Below are positions 10,679-19,979 of a stretch of DNA of 23,935 bases, piece after piece. The notes under the pieces were generated by a model. It saw nothing but the letters and a program-made list of their open reading frames with translations, had not been told where the DNA came from and did no database searches. The position numbers and the translations under genes were made by a program. The DNA is from Xylographa opegraphella (Eukaryota): positions 248,001 to 271,935 of the forward strand of contig JALDZX010000030.1 of the NCBI GenBank assembly GCA_022813865.1, in the 5' to 3' direction. Each line of letters begins with the position of its first letter. Within the stretch, counting starts at the first letter, position 1.

Positions 10679-13472
10679 ATGTCCTTGCATATGCCAAATA
10701 GCTCACCAACGCCTCGAGGCAAGCTCTCAGCTCAATTCATCATCCATGATGATAACGAGTCTGCGGATCAATCTCCCCCGTCTTTACGTGGGCCGGGTTC
10801 TGTAGGTTTTGCTTGTGGACCGACGTGGTTCATGCGGCTGACGTAGAGCCCACACAGGGATCCAAACACTTTATGACCCCAAAAGAAATTACAATTCCTT
10901 TGGTTTCTACAAAGCTCTGCAACATTCAGGCTCCGGCTATAAGCCGTTCCATATCAGCCTCTAAGGTCTGTTCTATACTATTCTTCGTGGGTTGTATCAT
11001 ATTACTTACAATTCTAAATGTTGAAGCTAGAACACAAGATCACCACTACAACCAGTGGCCAGGAGTCTTCCATGGACCAACTGCTTGCTAAGCTCTCGGA
11101 ACAACAGGTCTTGCTGGAACATCAGAAGAATTCTCTGAACTCTTCGGAGATCAACACAGCTTTCTTAGATGTTGATGGTTCAATGTCTAGTTCCGTTCCA
11201 CTCACTCCTGCTACGGACTCTTTCAGCGTAACACCAGGTACAGAAGATAGTGATGGAGAAAAGACAATTCAGCTGGACCCAGCAGAGATGCTTCGTCTTA
11301 AGAAGGAGCTTGACGCTGCTAAGAACAAGATAGCTCGCCAAGAGCAAGAGCTGTCTCAAACACGCATAATCAAGCATACGTTTGAGCAAGCAAGAGACCC
11401 CATGTTAGGACCAGCCACGATCAACAAGAGTGACCCTGTGGTTCGTACTATTGGCAATATTCAGGAGCCTTTTAGTGCAACGAATCGGCCTTTCGGCCAG
11501 CGTCCAGATATTATTGGCAACTATGATGATACTCGTTCTGACATTTCCGACGCCCTGTCTGCAGGAGCGTGCAATCGTACTCAGAACATCTGGTCTGGCA
11601 ACGCCACTCAAGGTTACAACCACGGTCTGCCCAGCCCTGGTAACCAGCAGTTTCAAGGACAAGCAAATATCTGGGGACAAGGAGGCAGGCAGTGGGGCAA
11701 TAGACCCATGGCGCCGGCATTGCCACCATTGATGGTGCCTCATCAACCACAACAGCAGATGAACCGCAACTATTCTGGCCCTGCCTCACCCATGTCAGGC
11801 GTCACCCACTACGGGAGTGACTTCGGTCAATTCCATGCTGCGCAAGGATTACGTCGTTCGAATACACAGAGCAGTCGCTCTGGCTCAGCTTTCGTACATA
11901 ATCGCAACATGGGTTGGGACGCGTATGCAAACAGCAACGATGGCAGTTTGATGAGTATGGGTCCACCGTCATCTTTTCAGCAAATGGGCATGTTTCAGGC
12001 GCCAATGTCGTATCAGCCACGTCCGATTGGTACACCCTTGTCTCCAACTGCTGCCGAGTTTACCACAAACAGTATCAGTACAAACCCATGGAACTCCACC
12101 GTGGGTCGCAACGAATCAGTTTAAAATGCTTAGCTAACATAATTGCAGGCTCCCTCATCTCCGGGACAGACTTATGTCTCTCCGTTAGAGCCGTTGAACT
12201 ACAGGCGACTCCTTGATCGAAGCGTTACCTGCAATTGGAAATACATCGTCGATAAGATTGTGTGCAACAACGATCAACAGGCTTCGATATTCTTGCAACA
12301 GAAACTTAAAGTTGGTACTGCTGAGCAGAAGTTCGAGATTGTAGAGGCCATTGTTGCACAAGCTTACCCATTAATGGTCAACCGCTTCGGAAACTTCCTT
12401 GTTCAGCGTTGCTTCGAACATGGAACTCCTGATCAGGTCATCTCAATTGCAAATGCCATTCGGGGCAATACGCTGAGTTTGAGCATGGATGCTTTTGGTT
12501 GTCATGTTGTTCAAAAAGCTTTCGATGCGGTTCCAGAAGACTACAAAGCAATTATGGTTCATGAACTCCTCCGCCGTATTCCAGAAACGGTCATTCACCG
12601 CTATGCTTGCCATGTCTGGCAGAAGTTATTTGAACTGCGTTGGAGCGACTCCCCACCACAGATCATGAAGTACGTCAACGAAGCATTACAAGGTATGTGG
12701 CATGAAGTCGCACTTGGGGAGACTGGCAGTTTGGTTGTCCAGAACATCTTTGAAAATTGTCTCGAGGAAGACAAGGTACGACCACCACCTTACTAATTTA
12801 GTGCCGTACTTGCTAATCATCAAATTCAGCGTCCCTGCATCAACGAGGTCCTAGCAAGTATCGATATCGTTGCTCATGGGCAATTCGGAAATTGGTGCAT
12901 TCAACATATCTGCGAGCATGGTGCACCGGCAGACCGTAGTCGTGCAGTCGACCACGTTCTTCGATACGCTACGGAATACAGTATGGACCAATTCGCCTCA
13001 AAAGTTGTAGAGAAGTGCCTCAAGATAGGCGGGGCCGACTTTCTTGAACGCTATTTGGAGCGTGTGTGTGATGGACGTGCCGATCGTCCTCGGATTCCTT
13101 TGATCGATAGTGAGTATCTTATAACCATTCGAAGTCTATCAGACTGACATGGAGCCAAGTCTCTAGTGACCAGTACGGGAATTACTTGATTCAGTACATT
13201 CTCACACATGCGAACGCGCAGCACCGCGAGATTGTAGCATCACACATTCGGTTCGTCAGGCCGTATATTCCACGTATTTGTGATAGCTAACTTCTGATAG
13301 CAAACATATGGTCTCACTTCGCGGTTCCAAGTTTGGATCTCGTGTTGGGATGCTTTGTTCCAATCCGGCTTACGCTACGCGTCCCGGCCCAGCTGTGGGA
13401 CAACCAGCTGTCAATCGCTACAACAACATCAACAATGTTTCAGCTAATCGGTTTGGACCTTCATACCGCTGA
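10679..13472 (+). CDS. Pumilio/PUF-family RNA-binding protein (Mpf1/Mcp2-like fungal subfamily), ~824 aa; first two exons less certain
   Basis: Exons 10679-10801, 10858-10965, 11027-12100, 12149-12775, 12830-13109, 13160-13250 and 13301-13472 (2475 nt). The N-terminal half has a coiled coil (EMLRLKKELDAAKNKIARQEQEL) and a Q/N/S/P-rich disordered region. Eight PUF repeats follow: DQQASIFLQ, NRFGNFLVQ, DAFGCHVVQ, HRYACHVWQ, GETGSLVVQ, GQFGNWCIQ, DQFASKVVE, DQYGNYLIQ. Confidence 0.9.
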
Positions 13473-14159
13473 GACATTTACAGATGAGACTACTCAGATA
13501 TTACTCCTATGGCTTGCATTCGTCGCTTAGCTTCTGCGCACTCAACATTCAGAAGACCCACAACATGATACACCGACACTTGCATTGCCTCGTAGCTCAT
13601 GGATGCTCCTTATCTATTCGACCTCATACGGGCCAGAATATGTTATCACCCTGCTGCAAACATGGATCGTACTCTCTTCTTGTATTCCCACTCGTTTAAC
13701 ATACTATCGTCAAGATTCTTTCATTTACTCGCAGCTCGTGGCTCGGCCTTTCAGCCTTTCAGAATCGCAGGGCACTTATACCCTCGAGCTCTTGGAAAGA
13801 TCACACCTTGAGAATACTAATTCAAAGGGGTCAAGTGTACGACAAGTGTCCTTGTATCTTGGTAGATACTTATGCTCTAAAGCTGGCAGACCTAGCAATC
13901 GTGCTTTTATGCTCATGTATGTTTTGTTTAGCAAAGTGGAGACGTGTCGTAACGTAATGGATGGTTCAAAGGAGAGCGTGCTGTCTTTACTTGATGTATT
14001 TGTATTCTTGTCCTGGTCTTTGGGACTCACGATAGAATGAATGAAAACTTGCATGAGAATTTTGCTGGTACCAACTAGCCTTAATGCAAAAGTCTTGAAC
14101 ATTTAATAATGCCAAAGATGGAATTACTGACCATCCTCTAACAGATTCTATTCAGTCAT

Positions 14160-14705
14160 TCAATTGGCTGCTACATTAGATCTAGCCGTCTCCCATGGCT
14201 TTCTCCGTTGAGGCCGCGTTGCCTGAGACGCCTGGCCATCAAGTACAGTATTCGGGATGTCTTTCACTCCTGGCACTGGTTGTCCACTGGTGATCAAATC
14301 TACAATATGACTAAAACTTAAAGGATAGGGAGCCGGAGGTTCTGCGGCCCTGTCTTCGAACTTCTCGGAGCTTTGGTTTACTGCATCTTCGAGCTTCATT
14401 TGGGTGGAAGACCCTAGCCGAGCATGCCATTCTCTGTAAGCATCGAAATCAACAGCCAGGTTGTGCTTCCTAGTCGAAATGTCAACCAGAGATAAAATAA
14501 TAAGGATTTCTAGTATAGCCAACCTGGAATAATAGAAGCACCTCGCCCGCAGTGTCAATTGTTCCGCTTGTTCGGGTTTCGGGTCAGGGCCAAGAATTGC
14601 ACGAAGCCCGCTTTGAAATTCTTCATCGGATGCCCATTGATAGGTATCGAGCTGATGGAAGAGTTCAGTGTCCACGGAACTGATAGAAGCCTCGATTAAC
14701 GCCAT
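14160..14705 (-). CDS. PEX39: PEX39-like peroxisomal PTS2-import factor (DUF5572 + HTH_76, C6orf226/YJR012C family), 163 aa spliced
   Basis: Exons 14705-14524 and 14469-14160; intron 14523-14470 (gttggc...gttgac...tag). The N-domain reads YQWASDEEFQSGL...ARCFYYSRKHNLAVDFDAYREW. The C-domain reads PYPLSFSHIVDLITSGQPVPGVKDIPNTVL and is followed by RRKPWE, the (R/K)PWE motif described for PEX39. Confidence 0.8.
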   Translation of the reverse strand: MALIEASISSVDTELFHQLDTYQWASDEEFQSGLRAILGPDPKPEQAEQLTLRARCFYYSRLAILEILIILSLVDISTRKHNLAVDFDAYREWHARLGSSTQMKLEDAVNQSSEKFEDRAAEPPAPYPLSFSHIVDLITSGQPVPGVKDIPNTVLDGQASQATRPQRRKPWETARSNVAAN

Positions 14706-15266
14706 TAGGAAATCCCTACGAAGTTTCGATTGAGGTAGTAAATGCTTATTGTCGGTGGCTGATATATTGAGCCTCTTATTGAGATAGAAACATTTCTTAT
14801 GTAATTTAATTTGTCAATACCAGATGTTTCGTAATTCAAGAGATCCAGTTGTGATGTCTCTATACAAGTGAATACTGGTAGTTCCAAAGTCACAACAAGA
14901 GCGATATTGAATCTCTAAGCATAGCGATGTCTTTCAACCATGAACAATGGTAGTCTAAAGTACATTGTCCTGAGTCTTTAGGCTAGATGGTAGCAGTGTT
15001 CGTCGATGAAACTAACGCCGAGGGCGTGCTTGGTTCAGCTGTGCTTTATAGGGCTGAAATATACAAGCTTCAACCATGGTTTGACGCTAGTGAAAGTTAA
15101 CTTCGCAAACATGCACAACACGCGATATTCGCCCGTCATTATCTCTCCTCCGACACTGCTCTCCATAACTACTACCACTTGATCACATCGTCAAGCCTCT
15201 CTGTATGGACTCACCCAAGATTATTTGAGCTTATCGTATAGAATTCACCACGCGGCAGCAAGGAAG

Positions 15267-17425
15267 ATGGCAGAATTTATCGGGTGAGGCTAGCAGTACC
15301 TTTTGCTGGTGACACTGGCTGATTTCACAGATCACGTATCTCACTTATCTCGAAACGAGACATTCGGTAGACTCTCCTTGTTATCCTTGCACCGGTCGCG
15401 TTGCTCATGGTTGGCTAGCTATGTTGGTACCCTCCATGAGATTAGTTCGGAAAACTCAACGGTCGCGCTCGAGCAGGTTGTCTCTTTCGGTACCGAGGGC
15501 AGGCGGCCAGATGATGAGGTTCCAGCGTCAGATAATGTCTACGAATACATAGTCTTTCGCGGAAGTGATGTTAAAGACTTGAGGATTGAAGAAGGGCCTA
15601 AAGAGAGCAACCCACCAAAGCCACCTGTACCTGACGATCCAGCTATCCTTGGGGTAAGCTTTCTTCATACGTGTTTCTTGATCAACGTCATGCAGGTGAT
15701 GAAATATTCGGATGTAAACACTATTTATACCTCCGAGAGCGCAAAACCATGTGGAGATTTCCGTTGCCTTCCTTCTGATGCTTCCAATCCTCTCATGTGC
15801 CGTCTTATACCGTATCATTTAAAATAACTAACTTTGTGCCTATCTCTGTATAGAGTGCAAGACGGCCACCTTCAGCTGCTGTATCGCAAGCACCTAAGGC
15901 AGCTCAGGCAGCCCAGGTACAAACACAAGCGACCCAATTGCAGCAACAAGGCCAAAACCAGCAACAACAGCCGCTACAAAGACCGCAGCAATCAATGCAT
16001 CCTCAGTTTCCTCAACAGCCGCCCTACCCTTACCAATATCCGCCACCTAATCAGCGGTTCGGTCCGCAGGCATTCCCCCCTGGTCCTGGCTTCCCAGGTA
16101 TGCCTTATGGAGCTCCTCCAGGTTGGTATCCACCTCCCGGATATGGCTACCCTCACATGCCTCCTAGCCAATTTCATTCTCACCAGATGCCAATTGGTCC
16201 GCCTGGGCAACAAATTCGTCAACCAGCGCCCCCACTTCCTCCGACTGCACCAAAGGCGCCAACTCCGACCACGTCTGCGGTGGACGAAGACCCAAAGCGC
16301 AGTATGGATGTCCCCTCTGAGCCAAGACCCATGGTTAAACTTCCAAATTCCTCTGCTACGCCAGCCTCTCTGCCGGTCATGGAGAACGCTCCGCCTCCAC
16401 CTGTTGAATCCAAGCCTGACGTTGCTGCCGCGCTTGCACCGCCAAGCAATGTGACCGCTCGTGATCCATCAGCGAGTAAACCATTACCAACTGGTCCGAA
16501 GAGTGGGCGCATCATACCGGTAGTACCTCTTCCGAGTCCAAACATCAAGCCTCATATAGCTGCCAATGGTGCCTTGAAAGCAGCCTCTGGTAACACTCTA
16601 CCTACTGCGCCTGTACAGGTTCCGGCACCTGTGTCCAACATCGCTACGGTTGCCAAAACGAAGACCATCGAGGAAGCTAATCGTGATGCTCGAGCCGCTG
16701 TAGCGGCAGCGATGGCGAAATTGCCTCCTGCTCCAGGACAGAAAAAGGTAACTGCTGCGGACAATGTTGGCGCAATGGACAACTTGACGAAGAAGGTTAA
16801 TGAAATGAGGACGAATGATAACATTAGAACATCACGTCAACCAGGTACCGGTGGATATGCAGCAGGGCACCGCGAGAGGGGGGGAAATCGCGGCGGACGT
16901 CGCCAATCTGAACAGCAGGGAAAGAAACTCGACCTTCCAAGCGCAGACTATGATTTTGAATCAGCCAATGCAAAGTTCAACAAACAGGATCTCGTCAAAG
17001 AGGCTATTGCTACAGGTGATCCTGTCGGAACCCCTGTGGATGGATCAACGACGAACGGCGTACATGAACTCGAGGGCACGAACACTGACAGGAAGGGAAG
17101 CGAAAGTAGTGCTTCTGCTGCGGGAGTGGCATATAACAAAAGTTCATCCTTTTTCGATAATATATCCAGTGAAAGTAAGGACAGGACCCAAGACGGCGGG
17201 AATAGGCTTGGTGGGCGGGAATTCCGTAGTGAGGAACGCCAGAAGAACCTAGAAACCTTCGGTCAAGGATCGGTAGACAATGGTTATCGTGGTGGACGAG
17301 GCGGCCGCGGAAGAGGCCGCGGCAGCTATGGCAGGGGTCGAGGCGGTCGAGGCGGCTATGAGCCAAGAGGTGCGCCACGAACTGGAGCCAGAGGCGGTCG
17401 AGGAGCCATTACATCGGAAGGCTGA
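15267..17425 (+). CDS. SCD6: Scd6/Lsm14/Sum2 translational repressor and decapping activator, ~619 aa
   Basis: Exons 15267-15283, 15331-15366, 15419-15653 and 15854-17425 (1860 nt). It contains an Lsm domain (MAEFIGSRISLISKRDIRYVGTLHEI...SFGTEGR...YEYIVFRGSDVKDL), DDPAI, a P/Q-rich linker, an FDF-type motif DYDFESANAKFNK, an FFD box (YNKSSSFFDNIS), a TFG box (EERQKNLETFG) and an RGG tail. Confidence 0.95.
15692..15781 (+). ncRNA. snR52: Intronic box C/D snoRNA, snR52 homologue (guide for 18S rRNA Am420, yeast numbering)
   Basis: It lies in the 200-nt SCD6 intron 15654-15853. Box C is GTGATGA at 15696-15702 and box D is CTGA at 15775-15778, with a GCA/TGC terminal stem. Candidate D' is CCGA at 15733-15736 and candidate C' is ATGTGGA at 15749-15755. 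The guide GTTGCCTTCCTT (15763-15774) pairs with 18S AAGGAAGGCAGC (one G:U), and the D+5 rule points to A420. Box D is 75 nt from the 3' splice site. Confidence 0.9.
17287..17405 (+). repeat. RGG/RG low-complexity coding repeat (Scd6 C-terminal tail)
   Basis: Recurrent (c/a)gaggc(g/c)g(c/t) units encode RGGRGGRGRGRGSYGRGRGGRGG...RGGRG. Confidence 0.8.
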
Positions 17426-17891
17426 AAGCCTCATGCTGGGGCCTGGGTCAGTTGCTCGTGTCACTCATTGCTTGACCAAAAGTTATCTACAGGACGGGCT
17501 TACTTGGCTGGATATAGCTAAGTATGGCTGTTGGCTGGTATGGATACAGTCACGGGATGGATACTCTACTTGTACTTTTACGTTTGAGCGGAGTGAAGTA
17601 GGATATTGGGGGATGAGACTGCGGCGGACTTAGCCTACTTTGCTCTGCGAATTCTGCTTTCGACATGTGCTTGTATGAAGACCAATAGCATATGTGCGAC
17701 GTCGAAACGTCCTATCGCTAATACAAATACTACCTGTCATAAGGTCATCAGTGAATTATAGATAGGTGACATGTATCGTGTTTAAAGCCTTTCGGTGCAT
17801 ACGTAGCGATTTCTCCATTCCAATGTCCTCCAAGCACAACACCTCACACCCCAATACAACGAATACCCCTCCAGACCGATCCCCGTCCCCT

Positions 17892-18377
17892 CTACTTCGA
17901 CAGCGGCGTATTCCGCAACCGATTCCCCGCCATCACGAACAAAGTCATACACATCCCCACCCCGGACAGGAAGACGCCCGTCCGCGTATTGGCCAGGGCC
18001 ACGCTCTCATTATTGATGTAGATCACATTATACACCACCCTGCTGACCAGGTACCCGCCACTCAGCGCGTTCAGCCACCAGTTGTCCACGCCGGCCACGT
18101 TGCCCGCCACCACGGCGGCGGCGAACAGGCCGATGTTCTCGAAGCCGTTCTGCTGCGCGCCCTCGGCGCGGATGACGCGGTTCTTCGTCGCCGCGTCGAG
18201 GGTCTGGTCGTCGGCGACTTTGCCGGCTAGTGAGCGTGGCTGCGTGAGGTCGAACTTGTGCGCCGACTTGCTGTCGTAGAGCTGGGTGGCGTAGGCGTGT
18301 GGGACGAGGGCGAGGACCCAGGCGGCGGGGATGGTGTAGAGGGAGAAGTTGCGCATGGGATCGAAGAGGGTGGCCAT
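17892..18377 (-). CDS. MAPEG-family membrane protein (glutathione/eicosanoid metabolism superfamily), 161 aa, intronless
   Basis: Hydrophobic helices surround RAEGAQQNGFENIGLFAAAVVAG and SRVVYNVIY, matching the MAPEG RA--A--N--E and R--Y motifs. Codons are strongly G/C-ending. Confidence 0.85.
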   Translation of the reverse strand: MATLFDPMRNFSLYTIPAAWVLALVPHAYATQLYDSKSAHKFDLTQPRSLAGKVADDQTLDAATKNRVIRAEGAQQNGFENIGLFAAAVVAGNVAGVDNWWLNALSGGYLVSRVVYNVIYINNESVALANTRTGVFLSGVGMCMTLFVMAGNRLRNTPLSK

Positions 18378-18802
18378 TTGGGGTGAGATTTCGGGGCTGA
18401 TTTGGGGACTTGGGGGGGGGAAGTGGAGATGTGAGGGAGTGAATTGATCGTGGATAGTTATACTCGTAGCTTGACCTACCTGCCTTATGTTATCCGTGGA
18501 GGTGAAGTTCCGGTACGCTTCTAGTCCCGGATAATGATCCCTGCCGGCGGAAATGCGGGTGCAAGATAATAGCGTTAGAGACTAATCCTTCTTGGTAATG
18601 GCTCGATCTCCCTATCGAAACTCAATCGGTTTGCGGACCTTGCCTTACATAAGGTACTTCGACGTTTTGATATTGAAGAGCGGAGACGTCGGACCAGAAC
18701 GCATAACCGATAGCTATGTCTAGCAATCTTGAGAATTCGAGGGTGCGGTAAAGCTTTCTACAAATAATCTGAAAGCAAAAGCTCATAACATCACAGATCA
18801 TA

Positions 18803-19525
18803 ATGCAGCGAGCTGTACTTCAACCTTTTCCTCCGTATGTGCACTCAAGCTTGGTTCTACCCCATCTGAACAACACTAATCCTTCGCCACGCCGATACCA
18901 TTCAGACTCGTCACCACCCCCAGATCTTCACTTTCTGAGTTGCAGCGCCTTGACACCCTCATTCAAAACCTGGAAGCGCACCACCGCAGCGTCAAGTCAG
19001 TCCTGTCCCGTGCTTCGCCAGCACTGCTATGTTACCCGTCTCACCTCATCTTCTTGAAGCCATCCCCCTCTTACTCACCGAGTATGTCCCCACACTGACT
19101 TACCACCAATCCTCTCCAGAGCCGCCCTCCTAGCCACTTCCGTATCTACACTCTCCACCCTCCACACCGGCCACCCCGCTACCGCCTCCACTACAGATCC
19201 TCGCCTTGCCAACCGCATCGCTCATCCTGCTCAGCCCATCCATAGCGACAGCGAAGACGCATTGCTGGCATCCTTGACAACCTCGTCTAAAGGCGGGCGC
19301 GCAAATTCCGGCCCCCACGTCGTGGCCATACCAAGGACCGAGGACAAATTCCTAGCCGAGCTGGGAACTGCTTTGGAGCAATTGCGTGGGTACGAGCGCG
19401 GCAGCACGGGTGTGGTGGACGGGCTGAAGGCGGAACGGGAAAGGGTTAGGGAGAAGGAGAGAGTGGAACAGATGGGAAAGGAGGGGGGGTATGATCGGGA
19501 GAGGGATCCGAGGTTGAGGCGGTGA
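18803..19525 (+). CDS. Hypothetical ~175-aa protein with coiled-coil segments and two DPR motifs
   Basis: Exons 18803-18834, 18906-18995 and 19120-19525. Introns are gtatgt..actaat..cag and gtcagt..actgac..cag, and the joined frame is open (528 nt). The product reads MQRAVLQPFPPLVTTPRSSLSELQRLDTLIQNLEAHHRSVKAALLATS...TTDPRLANR...GGYDRERDPRLRR*. Confidence 0.65.
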
Positions 19526-19574
19526 GGTTTCTGGTGAGGTGTGCGTTATGATTGAGCTTTTACGGACTGGCATT

Positions 19575-19979
19575 ATATTACCATGTTTAATTATGAACCC
19601 GAAATCGCTTTAAAAATAATCAGTTTGACAATTTTTAATCAATTTGATTTAAAACTTTACTTTAGGTCAATAAATACCCGTGTTCTTTGAGTCAATGATT
19701 GGAAATCAGTTCAAATCGTGAATCTTTGATTGAAATGGCGGAAATTCAACAAAAATGAAAGGTTCTCAAGAGTCAAATTCTTAAATTAATGCAGCGATTG
19801 ATTCACGCAGATCAAAAGTTACCGGAAAAATGGTTGATAAATCAAAGTATATAAGCCCTCTCGACACGCAGTCGAAGTCTATTAAATTTCATCGAAATTG
19901 AAGTTTTTATTCTTACTTCCATGAACCGGTACTCCCAATCTCCCTTTGAAGTTGAAACACAGAATATTGTATTATTCCA
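19575..19979. other. AT-rich non-coding block between convergent genes
   Basis: Hand counts give 25-35% GC over 19621-19800, against ~70% at 18121-18180. The block is dense in AATC/GATT/TCAA/TTGA words and has no ORF in the supplied track. Confidence 0.6.

Noticed and set aside
13484..14102. Several 70-150 aa ORFs between the PUF and PEX39 genes
   Set aside because: They lie in the convergent 3' UTR region and look like random translations.
15303..16454. ORFs 15303-15827 and 15834-16454 as separate genes
   Set aside because: The first is SCD6 exon 3 read through its flanking introns, and the second is an alternative frame of exon 4.
10679..17425. PUF, PEX39 and SCD6 as a functional mRNA-control cluster
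   Set aside because: Adjacency of housekeeping genes is expected in compact fungal genomes, and I saw no shared regulatory motif.
17766..18230. 154-aa plus-strand ORF opposite MAPEG
   Set aside because: It is an antisense shadow produced by the GC-rich codon usage of MAPEG.
18996..19121. Stwintron (nested intron) suggested by an internal TACTCAC..GA|GTATGT
   Set aside because: The internal intron would be only 38 nt, the G needed for a [D1,2] arrangement is absent, and two-step splicing shifts the frame into an early stop.
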